DNA from: Dokdonia sp. | GTDB taxonomy: Bacteria > Bacteroidota > Bacteroidia > Flavobacteriales > Flavobacteriaceae | Assembly (NCBI GenBank): GCA_020630915.1 | Contig: JAHDIF010000010.1 | Span: forward strand, 30,210-94,209 | Length of the DNA: 64,000 bases | Reading direction: 5' to 3' | Shown: positions 45,671-56,345 of the stretch, piece by piece | Numbering within the stretch: position 1 is the first letter of the stretch | How the letters are laid out: each line of letters starts with the position of its first letter | The notes under the pieces: model-generated | Told to the model about the DNA's origin: nothing | Seen by the model: the letters and a program-made list of their open reading frames with translations, nothing else | Databases searched by the model: none | Translations under genes and position numbers: made by a program

Positions 45671-48022
45671 ATGAAACGTCTTTCCCATATTTTTTCATTT
45701 GTAATAATCCTATTACTGGTATATGTTAGTTTTAAATCGCTTATGCCTTCTGAGATTAGTGATCTCAATACTCCAAAAACTCAATTTTCTACCGAAAGAG
45801 CATTACTACATCTTAAAGAAATTTCTAAAGAAGCACATTATGTAGGCACACCTGCACACACTCAAGTAAGACAATATATTGTGACCGAACTTCAAAAAAT
45901 GGGCTTGGAGGTAGAGGTGCAAGAGGGGTTTACAATGAGTACGTGGAGGGGATATAGCAACCTGGTAAAGCCTCAGAATATTCTGGCTAGGATAAAAGGC
46001 ACGGGAGAAGGAAAAGCGGTAATGCTTATGTCGCATTATGATAGCGCTCCTCATAGTGCATCAAAAGGAGCTAGTGATGCGGGGTCTGGTGTAGTGACCA
46101 TATTGGAAAGCCTTAGGGCATATCTCGCGAGCGGGACAACTCCTAAAAATGATATTATTGTATGCATTACAGATGCCGAAGAGGTGGGCTTAGATGGTGC
46201 AGAGTTGTTTGTAAACGAACATCCTTGGGCAAAAGATGTAGGTGTAGCGCTCAATTTTGAAGCACGTGGCAGTGGTGGTCCTTCTAATATGATTGTGGAG
46301 ACTAATGGAGGAAATGCAAATCTCATTAAGGGGTTTAAAGAAGCAGGAGTAGAATATCCTGTAGCTACCTCATTGATGTATAGTATTTACAAACTTTTAC
46401 CTAATGATACAGATTCTACAGTGCTGAGAGAAGATGGCGATATAGATGGGTTTTTCTTTGCCTTTATAGATGATCATTTTCATTATCATACTGTAAATGA
46501 CAATTATGAAAATCTGGATAGAAATACTCTAGAGCATCAAGGAACGTACTTGATGCCACTATTAAAATACTATTCTCAGGCAGATTTAAATCAAATCAAG
46601 TCTGATGAGGACTATGTATATTTTGACACTGCTGTAGCCAAATTTGTGGCATATCCATTCTCCTGGATTTGGCCTATGGTGGGAATAGCAATTATCTTAT
46701 TCGTGTTACTTTTAGTATACGGATTTAAAAAGCAACGTCTTTCTGGAAAAGCTATAGCAGGAGGATTTGGAACATTTTTATTAACCCTTATTCTAGGCGG
46801 AGGTTTATTTTACCTTTTATGGGAACTTATAAAAGTTGTGTATCCTTCGTATAGTGATATGTTACCTGTGTTTATATATAATGGGCATTGGTATATAGGA
46901 GGTTTTGTGTTGCTTGGGTTTAGTTTATGTATGGGAGTGTATCATAAATTTTCTAAAACACATAACACTCCTAGTATGTTTGTAGCTCCATTAACCTTGT
47001 GGATTATTATTAATATCCTATTAGGAGTATATCTAAAAGGAGCAGCGTTTTTTATCATTCCAGTGTTCTTTGGTCTAGCCGGACTATTCTTATTAATAAG
47101 ACAGCATTCACCTAGTAAGATACTTCTGGTATTCCTTGGCGCCCCTGCTATCTTTTTGTTTGCCCCTTTAGTTCAGTTCTTTCCAGTAGGTCTGGGGCCG
47201 GATATGTTATTTGCTTCAGTACTATTTTTAGTTTTGCTTTTTGGACTCTTACTTCCGGTATTTGGATTTTTTAGGAATAAAAAAATAGTAGGTATACTTA
47301 GCTTGTTTCTAGGTCTGGTATTTTTAGGTATTGCCCATTCTAAATCTAACGCTACTGAGGACAGGCAAGCTCCTAATAGCTTGATTTATTATCACAATGT
47401 AGATGCTAATAAAGCGTATTGGGCAACTTATAATAAAGAGTTAGATGATTGGACCATGGGGTATCTAGGAGACACTCCAGAAGATGCTACTAAGTATATC
47501 GGAAATGCCGCGGGTAGTAAGTACAATACGCCTTATACGTATGCAAAAGAAACTTCTGTCATAGATCTTCTCGAGAGTGAGATTACCGTGAGAAATGATA
47601 CTGTAGTAGACGGTTTACGATACACGACACTTCTTATTAAACCTCAAAGACCTGTAAACCAAATAAGAATGTATACAGATCAAGATACTCCGTTGCAGTA
47701 TATCTCTTTTAATGGAAAAGTATTTACTCCAGACAGTACAGAAACCTTGTATAAAAGACGCGGTAGCAGGGGTATTTTGAGCTATTATGTGAGTGCTGGA
47801 GATTCTCTGGAGTTTAAATATGCAGTACCAGCAGGTGTGGCTCCTGTATTTAGCCTAAAAGAATTTTCATATAATCTTCTAGACAACCCTAATTTTAACG
47901 TTTCTGCAAGACCTAAGAATATGATGCCTAAGCAGTTTATTCCTAATGACGCGGTGGTTGTAGAACATACGATACGAACTTCGGAATATATTGAGGTTAA
48001 AAAGGATAGTTTAAATGAATAG
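45671..48022 (+). CDS. M28 family membrane-bound metallopeptidase
   Basis: SHYDS, GASDAGSGV, DAEEVGL, FEARG, NDTD, YHT, then multiple TM helices. Confidence 0.9.
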   Translation: MKRLSHIFSFVIILLLVYVSFKSLMPSEISDLNTPKTQFSTERALLHLKEISKEAHYVGTPAHTQVRQYIVTELQKMGLEVEVQEGFTMSTWRGYSNLVKPQNILARIKGTGEGKAVMLMSHYDSAPHSASKGASDAGSGVVTILESLRAYLASGTTPKNDIIVCITDAEEVGLDGAELFVNEHPWAKDVGVALNFEARGSGGPSNMIVETNGGNANLIKGFKEAGVEYPVATSLMYSIYKLLPNDTDSTVLREDGDIDGFFFAFIDDHFHYHTVNDNYENLDRNTLEHQGTYLMPLLKYYSQADLNQIKSDEDYVYFDTAVAKFVAYPFSWIWPMVGIAIILFVLLLVYGFKKQRLSGKAIAGGFGTFLLTLILGGGLFYLLWELIKVVYPSYSDMLPVFIYNGHWYIGGFVLLGFSLCMGVYHKFSKTHNTPSMFVAPLTLWIIINILLGVYLKGAAFFIIPVFFGLAGLFLLIRQHSPSKILLVFLGAPAIFLFAPLVQFFPVGLGPDMLFASVLFLVLLFGLLLPVFGFFRNKKIVGILSLFLGLVFLGIAHSKSNATEDRQAPNSLIYYHNVDANKAYWATYNKELDDWTMGYLGDTPEDATKYIGNAAGSKYNTPYTYAKETSVIDLLESEITVRNDTVVDGLRYTTLLIKPQRPVNQIRMYTDQDTPLQYISFNGKVFTPDSTETLYKRRGSRGILSYYVSAGDSLEFKYAVPAGVAPVFSLKEFSYNLLDNPNFNVSARPKNMMPKQFIPNDAVVVEHTIRTSEYIEVKKDSLNE

Positions 48023-48461
48023 ATCTTTTTTTAAGATGGGTTTATTATTGTTTGTGAGCCTAAGTGCTATTCAAACTATAACCTATTATTCAGTATCCGA
48101 AACAAGATTATTACACGCTGTAGGTGAGAATTACGAAAGCTATGTTTTAGAAAACAATAGTTTTGAAGGAGTTACGGTAGTAACAGATTTAAAAGTAAAT
48201 ACTTCAGCAATCTTAGAAAATTTTGAATTATTTAATAATTATGAGGTTCAATTAAGCAATGATTTTGAAAATCCTTTTGCGACTATAGGCGAGCAACGCT
48301 ACGAATACTTAATTAAGTACGAATCAAGGCATCCATTTGGAATAAATTATATTCTGGAGACCGAACACGCTCCGCAATACGGAGCTAGATGGAACTCTTG
48401 TTATATTTGGGTTCTATTTGATTGGGTGTTAATTAAAAAAGAGAATAAAGGAATCTCATAA
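48015..48461 (+). CDS. Hypothetical protein
   Basis: 148 aa ATG ORF overlapping the upstream stop. Confidence 0.6.
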   Translation: MNRSFFKMGLLLFVSLSAIQTITYYSVSETRLLHAVGENYESYVLENNSFEGVTVVTDLKVNTSAILENFELFNNYEVQLSNDFENPFATIGEQRYEYLIKYESRHPFGINYILETEHAPQYGARWNSCYIWVLFDWVLIKKENKGIS

Positions 48462-48465
48462 AAAA

Positions 48466-48482
48466 TCCCGCCTTCGCGAGGA
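48466..48482. repeat. Degenerate REP-like hairpin TCCCGCCTTCGCGAGGA
   Basis: CCCGC-CTTC-GCG core shared with 9221-9240. Confidence 0.5.
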
Positions 48483-48488
48483 ACATAT

Positions 48489-49298
48489 ATGAATAAGCAT
48501 ATCACAATTGCAGGCCTAGGCTGGCTTGGACAACCATTTGCGGCATCTCTTATAAAAAAGGGATACATTGTAAAGGGAAGTGTTACAGATCAAACAAAAG
48601 TAAAAACACTCAAAGCAAATGGTCTCAATACGTATAGAGTAGTTCTCACAGAAACGGGTACAGTAGGAACGACGCAACTTTTTTTAGAAAATACAGATGT
48701 CCTGGCTATTATGATTCCGCCTGGATTGCGGGGTAATACAGGAGCAAATTATGCTCTTAAAATGGCGCATTTTCTTCACGAAATAGAAGCGTCTCAAATA
48801 AAAAAAGTGATTCTCGTAAGCAGCACTTCTGTTTATGATGATAGTCAAGGAAAGGTAACTGAAAAGGATAGGCCATTACCGCAATTAAACGCCGCAAAAC
48901 AGCTCTATGAAGTAGAGCAATTGTTTTTTAACACATCTTCTTTTAAAACAAGTATTGTGCGCTTTGGGGGATTATACGGCGGGAGTAGAAATCCAGTGCG
49001 TTTTCTTGCAGGAAGAAAAGGATTAAATAATGGAGACGCTCCTGTAAATATGATTCATCGTGAGGATTGTATTGGGATTCTTACTAGAATAATTAAGCAA
49101 GATGCTTTTGGTCACATTTTTAATGCTGTTACTCCACAACATCCTAGTAAAGAGACTTATTATACAAAACAAGCTATCAATCTTGGACTTGAGGCGCCTC
49201 AGTACAATAAACCTGCAGAGGAAGAAATTTTTAAGCAGGTAGATAGTGAACATCTTAGTAAAGTGCTTCAATATAAGTTTAAGCATAGTTTGATGTAG
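48489..49298 (+). CDS. NAD-dependent epimerase/dehydratase (YeeZ-like)
   Basis: GLGWLG, SSTSVY, RFGGLYG, VNMIHREDC. Confidence 0.85.
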   Translation: MNKHITIAGLGWLGQPFAASLIKKGYIVKGSVTDQTKVKTLKANGLNTYRVVLTETGTVGTTQLFLENTDVLAIMIPPGLRGNTGANYALKMAHFLHEIEASQIKKVILVSSTSVYDDSQGKVTEKDRPLPQLNAAKQLYEVEQLFFNTSSFKTSIVRFGGLYGGSRNPVRFLAGRKGLNNGDAPVNMIHREDCIGILTRIIKQDAFGHIFNAVTPQHPSKETYYTKQAINLGLEAPQYNKPAEEEIFKQVDSEHLSKVLQYKFKHSLM

Positions 49299-49301
49299 TA
49301 T

Positions 49302-49315
49302 GCTTTCGCGAAAGC
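49302..49315. repeat. Iterated palindrome 3 nt after a stop codon
   Basis: Exact match. Confidence 0.95.
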
Positions 49316-49359
49316 GTATTAGTAAAATTAACAACTATCGCTAGCCTAGAATAAAACAC

Positions 49360-49390
49360 AAAAAAACCGCTCATCTCTGAACGGTTTTTG
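49360..49390. terminator. Probable terminator between convergent genes
   Basis: aaaaaccg / cggttttt stem. Confidence 0.6.
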
Positions 49391-49414
49391 TGCTATGTAT
49401 CAACTTTGGGTTTA

Positions 49415-51472
49415 CTACCAGATACGAACTCTTTTTTCTGGCGCAAGCCACATGGCGTCTCCTTCTTTAATATCAAATGCTTCGTAAAAAGCATCTACAT
49501 TGAGTAATGGTTGTACAGCACGTACTTTTCCAGGAGAGTGTGGGTCTGTTTTAATTTGTGTTCTTAATGCTTCATCACGACTAAGGGTTCTCCATACCGT
49601 TGCCCAGCTCATAAAGAAGCGTTGTTCTGGCGTAAAACCATCGATATTTTCTGGACGACCATTTGTTGCATAGAACTTTTGAAGTCCGTCATACGCTCCA
49701 AGCACCCCGCCAAGGTCTCCAATATTCTCGCCTAAGGTAAATTTGCCGTTTACATTTACACCTTCCAGTACCTCTACAGAATCATATTGTGCAGCAAGGG
49801 CATCACCACGTTCTGTAAATGCTGCTAGGTCTTCTGGAGTCCACCAGTTTTTAAGGTTTCCGTCACCATCAAAACGAGCACCACTATCATCAAAAGCGTG
49901 TGAAATCTCATGACCTATAACAGCTCCTATACCTCCGTAGTTTACCGCTTCATCTGCTGTGTAGTTGTAAAATGGCGGTTGTAATATGGCTGCTGGAAAA
50001 ACAATCTCATTGTTAAGAGGGTTAAAGTAGGCATTTACAGTTTGAGGAGACATTCCCCATTTAGACTTGTCTACAGGTTCACCTATATCTGCAAAATTCT
50101 TGTCTTGTGCCCATTTACTTACGGCAGTCATATTCTCAAAATAGGTCTTATCTGCAGACACCTCCATATCAGAGTAATCTTCCCACTTGTCTGGGTATGC
50201 AATTTTTACAGTGAATTTATCAAGCTTTTCTACGGCTTTCTTTTTTGTTTCTTCACCCATCCAGTCGAGATTCATGATGCGAGCTTTATAAGCTTCGATT
50301 ACGTTTGCAATCATAGTCTCTGCCTTTTCCTTTGCTTCTGGCGGAAATTTTGCGTCTACATATAATTGACCCAGTGCTTCTCCTACTGTACCATTTACGG
50401 TAGCTAGAGCTCTTTCATCTGCTGGGCGTTGTTGTTTGGAACCTCTTAGGTACTTGCTATAAAATTCCCAGTTTGCTTTTTCTATATCCGTACTTAATCT
50501 GCCAGTCGCACTATTAAAAGTATCCCAGCGCACTAAGGTCTTAAGATCTTCTATTGAGGTTTCTTTTAAGAATGTGTCTAGTGCACCAGTGTACCGTAAT
50601 TGTGTTACTATAAGAGTGTCAAATTTTTTTGTAACGCCTAAATCTGTGATCATTTTACCTAGATCTATGGTTGAGAGCATTTGATCAGCTTCGGCAATAG
50701 TTCTTGGATTGTTGTAGTTTCTAGCATCTCTAGATTCTACTTTGTCTAGTCGAGGCTCTGCAAGTGCAGTTTCCATGGCAAGAATCTTCTCTGCGGCAGC
50801 TGCGGCAGTAGCTTCATCATCTCCTAGCATTTGAAGCATACGAGCGATGTGTTTTTTGTATTCTTCACGAATCTCTATAGATTTTTCATCTGTTTCTAAG
50901 TAGTAGTCTCTATCAGGAAGGCCTAAACCGTTTGCTCCCAAATATACAGCATTCATTGCGCTGTTGTTTAAGTCTCCCTGTACACCTATACTAATAAAAG
51001 GCGATGAGACCGCAGGGTTTTTAGCCAGTACTGTCTGTAGATCAGATAGATTGTTGATTCCAGCAATGGCGTCTAATGCAGGTTGTAAGGGCTTAAGACC
51101 AGCTTTATTTCGCGCAAGCGTGTCCAATTTAGTGTCAAATATCGCAAGGGCTTTTGCCTGATCAGTATCTGCTCCATAATTTCCGCTTTCTTTTGCCTTA
51201 GCCAGGATCTCTAAAACATCGGCGTCAGTAGATTTACGTAATACTGAGAATCCTCCCCAGCTTGATCTATCTGCTGGAATCTCTGTGTTTTTCATCCAAG
51301 ATCCATTTACATAGTTGTAAAAATCTTGTTTTGGATCTACGGTTGTGTCCATATTCTCTAAGACAATCCCGGGAATTTTTTCTACCTGTGCGGTATCTTC
51401 GGCCTTTTCTTTACAGCTGTGCAATAATAATAGGCAAGAGGCTACAATGACTCCTGATTTTATAAGTTTCAT
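49415..51472 (-). CDS. M13 family metallopeptidase (PepO/neprilysin-like), lipoprotein
   Basis: VNAYF, HEISH, GENIGD, DPHSP motifs; lipobox LHSC. Confidence 0.94.
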   Translation of the reverse strand: MKLIKSGVIVASCLLLLHSCKEKAEDTAQVEKIPGIVLENMDTTVDPKQDFYNYVNGSWMKNTEIPADRSSWGGFSVLRKSTDADVLEILAKAKESGNYGADTDQAKALAIFDTKLDTLARNKAGLKPLQPALDAIAGINNLSDLQTVLAKNPAVSSPFISIGVQGDLNNSAMNAVYLGANGLGLPDRDYYLETDEKSIEIREEYKKHIARMLQMLGDDEATAAAAAEKILAMETALAEPRLDKVESRDARNYNNPRTIAEADQMLSTIDLGKMITDLGVTKKFDTLIVTQLRYTGALDTFLKETSIEDLKTLVRWDTFNSATGRLSTDIEKANWEFYSKYLRGSKQQRPADERALATVNGTVGEALGQLYVDAKFPPEAKEKAETMIANVIEAYKARIMNLDWMGEETKKKAVEKLDKFTVKIAYPDKWEDYSDMEVSADKTYFENMTAVSKWAQDKNFADIGEPVDKSKWGMSPQTVNAYFNPLNNEIVFPAAILQPPFYNYTADEAVNYGGIGAVIGHEISHAFDDSGARFDGDGNLKNWWTPEDLAAFTERGDALAAQYDSVEVLEGVNVNGKFTLGENIGDLGGVLGAYDGLQKFYATNGRPENIDGFTPEQRFFMSWATVWRTLSRDEALRTQIKTDPHSPGKVRAVQPLLNVDAFYEAFDIKEGDAMWLAPEKRVRIW

Positions 51473-51539
51473 AGGTTTAATATTACTTAGTTATGCGCCA
51501 TAGGACGCTTTGATGTCCATAAAGTTACAGATATATAAA

Positions 51540-51567
51540 ATAAAAGCCCTCATATGAGGGCTTTTAT
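51540..51567. terminator. 28-bp perfect palindrome, terminator-like
   Basis: ataaaagccctcatatgagggcttttat, 8 nt after the stop of the large minus-strand gene. Confidence 0.75.
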
Positions 51568-51575
51568 AGTTTTTA

Positions 51576-54500
51576 TTACTGTAAAATTAATTTTTTTATA
51601 ATTTGTTTTGATGTAGAATTAGCTTGGAGAATATAGACTCCTGAAGCGTATGAAGACATATCAAGGTTATATTCTCTTTGAGCATTTTGTAACTGATTAA
51701 TTTTAATAATTTCCTTTCCTGTAATGTCATAAACTGAGATGCTTAGGTCTTCTAATGAGGCCCAGTTTATGTTGAATATATCTTTAGATGGATTGGGGAA
51801 AATCGTAAAATCTGAACTTACGAAGTCTTCTGTCGATAGGACGCCGTCACCTACCCTCAAGTCGTCAATAACAACTCCTTCTTCATTAGTATTTTGATCT
51901 GAATGAAATACAAATCTAAAAACAACATTGGTTTCTGAAGCGAGATCACTAAGGCTTAGACTATATTGTTGATAGTCTGATACAGTCCCTGTCCACTGCG
52001 CTCCTGGACAGTTAAAGCAATTTGCTCCAGGCACCGTATCACTATTATACCAGTTTTCATCATTCGTAGATCCTAGAATGTTCCAAGATGCGCTATCATC
52101 TTTAGAATACTCCATATAGAGGATGTCCCAATCTAATTCTAATTCAAAAGCCATATTAAAAGAAATAGTTGGATCTGCAATCGTTGATAAGTCGTAGCAC
52201 TCTGTTGTGAGGTACTCTAACACATTGTCTGGGTGATTACCACCAAGATTTGTTCCATACACGTTTTCTCCAGATGCGGCATCACTTAAGACAGATCCAG
52301 TAGGTATCCCTCTTTGCCATACAGATTCACTCACTGCACATTGTACACTAGCATCTCCACTACCTTTCAAAACAAGTAATTCGTCTTCCATAGTTTCGAA
52401 GTCATTTTGAACTTCTGGTATTCCACTTTTATTAATACTTAATTGTATTGTTCTGTCATTGTTTGACACTATTTGATCTGAAGCCTCAATGAGCTGTACA
52501 TCTAAATCATACGTACCAAATTCTAAGGAAAGCGCTTCTAAGTCTACATCTATTGATGCTCCTGGAGCAAGATTTCCTGTCCAGTTAATGGTATTGCTGG
52601 TCGCTCCAGCACTATACGCTAAGTCAAATGTTGTGATGGCTGAAGAACCATTATTCACCACAGTTGCTATGGCGGCAATCTCATTACAGCTTAGGTTCTG
52701 ACCTGTTGTGGTTGATAGATTAGTAATTTCCAAGTCATTCGTGATAGGCTCAGTAGGAATATCTGTTTGCCAAACGCCTCTACCAAAAGTAGCTGCCGTT
52801 AACTTACCATCTTCCAAACCTATTTCAAGATCTCTTACAGGAACATTTGGGAGTCCATTTTCAAATGGCTCCCAATCACCTAGAATATCATCATATCTCC
52901 ATACTCCTATGCCAGTTCCTACATACAATGGGTTATCTGAGTGTCTAGCTTGATGTTTAATAACCAGTTTTGGGATATTAGGCAAACTGCCAGTAATTTC
53001 ATTAAGAACTAGAGAGCCACTGGATAAATCACCTTCAAAGACTTGGCCGTTTGTACCTGAAGTTGTGATATAAATGAGATTGTTATTTCCATTGTTTACA
53101 TCAATTCCTGAAATAGTACTTCCAAAAGACTCAAGTAAATCGAAAGAAGATCCTTTATCTTCACTTCTATATAGTTGATTATTTACAGCCACATACATAA
53201 TATCGGCGTCATTTGGATCTGTAATAAGTCTGTCTATAAACTGACCAAAAGAGGATGATTTTACTTGCCAAGAACTAGAACAGAAGTCAAATTCATACAC
53301 CCTGGCATAGGCTGCGTATAGTCTATTGTCTTTTGAAAATTGTAATGGGGTAATCCAGTTTCCACTTTCTGGACCATTTACATTTTGATCTAAAGAAGCT
53401 CCCGAAGAATTGGAAATGTAAAGACCACCGCCATTTTGTATAAAACCATAAACGCGATCAGAATTATTTGGATCTGTAGCGGTTTCCATTCCATCAGCAC
53501 CATAATAGTTTTGCCACAAGCCGTTATTTCTAGAATAACCTCCATTATCTTGTAAACCACCGGATATTTTCTCCGAATTGTCTTTTGCTAAGGAAATTCT
53601 ATAAAATTGTCCTATAGCAAGACCAGAAGTATGATCTGTAAAATTTGTACCCCCATCAGTAGATGAGTACAAACCTCCATCGCTACCACAAAACAATCTT
53701 CCATCTATAAAATTGAGTCTGTGTATATCTGCATGGGTGTAACTGGCTCCTGCAGGATTACTCCAACTATTTACCTGTGTAAAATTTGTTCCACTGTTTG
53801 TAGACTTCCACATATTTAATATTCCGGTGTAAATTTCATTTTCATCAGTATCAGAAACTGCAAATGCCATATCAAACCAAGCTTGTGGAGATTCGAAAAT
53901 ATCTTGTGCTCCATTAAAAGTTTCTTGGAAAGAAATACCTCCATCAGTTGATTTAAATATCTTTCCAGAGCCGAAGCCTGGATCTGAGGCAAATATGTAC
54001 ACTACCTCTGGATTTGCAGGTGTGACATCCAAAACTAAACGAACAAATCCTCCAGGAAAACCATTTGTTACTGTTTGCCAATTGTTTCCTCCATCTGTAG
54101 TGACATGAAATTGTGAACTAGTCGCGCCATAGATAGTTTGACTGTCTCCAGGTTTAAATTTGATATCTTGAAAGTCTCCAGAACGTATATTGGTCCATAA
54201 GTCACCACCATTAGTTGTTTTAAAAATACCATCACTAGTCGCTACCCAAACAGTTTGAGAATCTGTCGGATCTATATATATCTCACTAAGTCTATTAGGG
54301 GTGTTATTTAAATTCATACCTGTAAAATTCCAAGTTTGTCCCCCATCTACTGTTTTTAAAACTCCTACGGCTTCAGAATCGTTGTTGTCATCATCTCCAG
54401 TAGCAATATATATCGTATTAGAGTCATTGGGATCTATCGCTATTCCAGAAACACCTATTTGTGGTAATTCATCAGATAATGGGGACCAGGTTAAACCAGC

Positions 54501-54974
54501 ATCTTTAGAAGCCCAGATACCGCCAGCAGGAGCACCTGCGTACCAAGCTGTTGGGTCACTAGGATCTACAGCAAAAGCATTTACTCGTCCTTGTCCTGAA
54601 GACCAAGAGCCGGTATTTGTATGCGTTAGAGGACCAACAGAAACCCAATTACTATCATCAGATTCTGTAGATCGGGATTGATGTATAGTACTCCAAGCCT
54701 CCCATAATTGCTCTTTGGACATTATAGTGCCATCATCATTAAGGTAATCTTGATAAAGTGACTCCCACCTTTTAAAAGGCTTGTAACCGCTACCTTTAAC
54801 AGTTGGATCTTTATCCACCCAATATGCTTCAAAGGCATTAACAATTTCTTGAAATGTTGGTTCGGTACTTCGGTTAGGGTTGTGTAGAGATTGCATCCAA
54901 GGAGCATCAGTACCCACTTGAGCGTAAGAAGTTCCTAAAAGTGCAAAAAATGCAAGTAATAAATTTTTTTTCAT
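51576..54974 (-). CDS. Large T9SS cargo protein with BNR/Asp-box (VPS10-like) beta-propeller and Ig-like domains
   Basis: Repeated S.DGG..W/F Asp-boxes, IFPNPSKD...GVYIL...KKLILQ CTD; start at MKKNLLL. Confidence 0.88.
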   Translation of the reverse strand: MKKNLLLAFFALLGTSYAQVGTDAPWMQSLHNPNRSTEPTFQEIVNAFEAYWVDKDPTVKGSGYKPFKRWESLYQDYLNDDGTIMSKEQLWEAWSTIHQSRSTESDDSNWVSVGPLTHTNTGSWSSGQGRVNAFAVDPSDPTAWYAGAPAGGIWASKDAGLTWSPLSDELPQIGVSGIAIDPNDSNTIYIATGDDDNNDSEAVGVLKTVDGGQTWNFTGMNLNNTPNRLSEIYIDPTDSQTVWVATSDGIFKTTNGGDLWTNIRSGDFQDIKFKPGDSQTIYGATSSQFHVTTDGGNNWQTVTNGFPGGFVRLVLDVTPANPEVVYIFASDPGFGSGKIFKSTDGGISFQETFNGAQDIFESPQAWFDMAFAVSDTDENEIYTGILNMWKSTNSGTNFTQVNSWSNPAGASYTHADIHRLNFIDGRLFCGSDGGLYSSTDGGTNFTDHTSGLAIGQFYRISLAKDNSEKISGGLQDNGGYSRNNGLWQNYYGADGMETATDPNNSDRVYGFIQNGGGLYISNSSGASLDQNVNGPESGNWITPLQFSKDNRLYAAYARVYEFDFCSSSWQVKSSSFGQFIDRLITDPNDADIMYVAVNNQLYRSEDKGSSFDLLESFGSTISGIDVNNGNNNLIYITTSGTNGQVFEGDLSSGSLVLNEITGSLPNIPKLVIKHQARHSDNPLYVGTGIGVWRYDDILGDWEPFENGLPNVPVRDLEIGLEDGKLTAATFGRGVWQTDIPTEPITNDLEITNLSTTTGQNLSCNEIAAIATVVNNGSSAITTFDLAYSAGATSNTINWTGNLAPGASIDVDLEALSLEFGTYDLDVQLIEASDQIVSNNDRTIQLSINKSGIPEVQNDFETMEDELLVLKGSGDASVQCAVSESVWQRGIPTGSVLSDAASGENVYGTNLGGNHPDNVLEYLTTECYDLSTIADPTISFNMAFELELDWDILYMEYSKDDSASWNILGSTNDENWYNSDTVPGANCFNCPGAQWTGTVSDYQQYSLSLSDLASETNVVFRFVFHSDQNTNEEGVVIDDLRVGDGVLSTEDFVSSDFTIFPNPSKDIFNINWASLEDLSISVYDITGKEIIKINQLQNAQREYNLDMSSYASGVYILQANSTSKQIIKKLILQ

Positions 54975-55105
54975 GGTAGGATTTATTAAATAAATAGTGT
55001 ACGAATATAAGCTCGAGAAGTCTAAAAAATAAACATTTAACAAAAAAGCGATTTTTTGTTTAAATATTCTGTGGAAAAAGAGGTAAAAAAGACAGAATTT
55101 AATAA

Positions 55106-55618
55106 TCAATAACGATTACTTAACAACATCTTTTTCATTTGTGTGCTATCCCATTCTTTTTTCATCGCAGTTAAGGCACTTACGTTTTCATTAGGAACTG
55201 CAATGGAAAGGACATAATGTTTTATTTTCCAGCCATCATCTGTTAATATTAGAACACCTGAACCTCTACAAATCCCCATTTGGGTTTTTAAATGTTCGTC
55301 AAACCAAGCAATAGAGGCATTGGGCTCTACAAAAATATTTCGCTCCAGAGTGCTAAAAGACCAAGCTTTTCCTTTATCAAAATATGGTTTTGAAAAAGCT
55401 TTAAAATCTTTGTAGTTCCAATTTTCCGTGGCATCTGTGCCCAGAAAATAACTGTCTGTGGTCATCTTATTAAAATAAGCATCAAAATCTGCATCGGCTG
55501 CGGCTTTGTGCCAAGCTTCAAGAATGTCATTGATATTTGTTGCTAAAGATTTACTGTCATTTTGAGCCGTTACAGATATGCTTATGGCGCACGTTAATAG
55601 AAGGATAAATAGTCTCAT
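55106..55618 (-). CDS. NTF2/SnoaL-like family protein
   Basis: WHKAAA, FLGTDATE.W, AWFDE, CRGSGV, HYVLS. Confidence 0.85.
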   Translation of the reverse strand: MRLFILLLTCAISISVTAQNDSKSLATNINDILEAWHKAAADADFDAYFNKMTTDSYFLGTDATENWNYKDFKAFSKPYFDKGKAWSFSTLERNIFVEPNASIAWFDEHLKTQMGICRGSGVLILTDDGWKIKHYVLSIAVPNENVSALTAMKKEWDSTQMKKMLLSNRY

Positions 55619-55624
55619 AATTAA

Positions 55625-56233
55625 TTAATTAGAATTAGGAAGGGATGACTCGAACGGAATTTTTACCAAAAGGCTATCTGGAATCTCATTAGCTGCTTCT
55701 AGCATTTCTTCTATACTTAAGGCAAAACGTTCATTGAGCTGTAGATTTAAATCTTGCAACGCATTCTTGCTTTTTGTAATGCCTAAGGCAATAGCCTTTG
55801 GAATAGGTTCATTTTTAGAAACCTCATTTTTGAGAGCCATTATTTGTGTTTCAAGTGCTGTGAGTCGAGCTTTGATAGCGTTCGTTTTTAATTCTGACGG
55901 CATAGGATCTACCGCCGCTTCTTCGGCCTCTTGGAGATCTAAAAACGCTTTTTCTAATGAAGCTACATTTTTTCTCACATCGCCTATGGTTCCTTCTTGC
56001 AAGCTATCTAGTGATGAAGATAAATTTTTATACAAGACCCATTTTTCAGAGGCCTCTTGAGCATCTTTTACTAGCGATAAAGACGGTTTTAAACCTGTAA
56101 GGGTAGGTAATTGTATAGTATCTGAGGGATCTGTGCCTAGTACATCTTTTTCTGTCGTCGCCTTTTGCTCTTCACAATTAGTAAAGCTTAGAATAATTAA
56201 AAACCAAAAAAAAATAAACCTCCTATTTCTCAT
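55625..56233 (-). CDS. Hypothetical lipoprotein
   Basis: Signal peptide with FTNC, helical body. Confidence 0.65.
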   Translation of the reverse strand: MRNRRFIFFWFLIILSFTNCEEQKATTEKDVLGTDPSDTIQLPTLTGLKPSLSLVKDAQEASEKWVLYKNLSSSLDSLQEGTIGDVRKNVASLEKAFLDLQEAEEAAVDPMPSELKTNAIKARLTALETQIMALKNEVSKNEPIPKAIALGITKSKNALQDLNLQLNERFALSIEEMLEAANEIPDSLLVKIPFESSLPNSN

Positions 56234-56296
56234 AAAAACTCAACCGTATAATCACAAAAGTAATTGAATTACAAATAGACAAGAAAATTTTATGAT

Positions 56297-56304
56297 TAAG
56301 TTTG
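56297..56304 (+). promoter_or_regulatory. Putative -7 element TAAGTTTG
   Basis: Matches TAnnTTTG, 41 nt before the ATG at 56346. Confidence 0.5.
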
Positions 56305-56311
56305 CTTTATC

Positions 56312-56325
56312 GCTTTCGCGAAAGC
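56312..56325. repeat. Iterated palindrome in the probable 5' UTR
   Basis: Exact match, 16 bp with flanks. Confidence 0.95.
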
Positions 56326-56345
56326 GTAATCTTAATAATATACAT

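Noticed and set aside
51107-51119. ATTTCGCGCAAGC as another palindrome copy
   Set aside because: Only 11/14 matches and within coding sequence; compatible with chance
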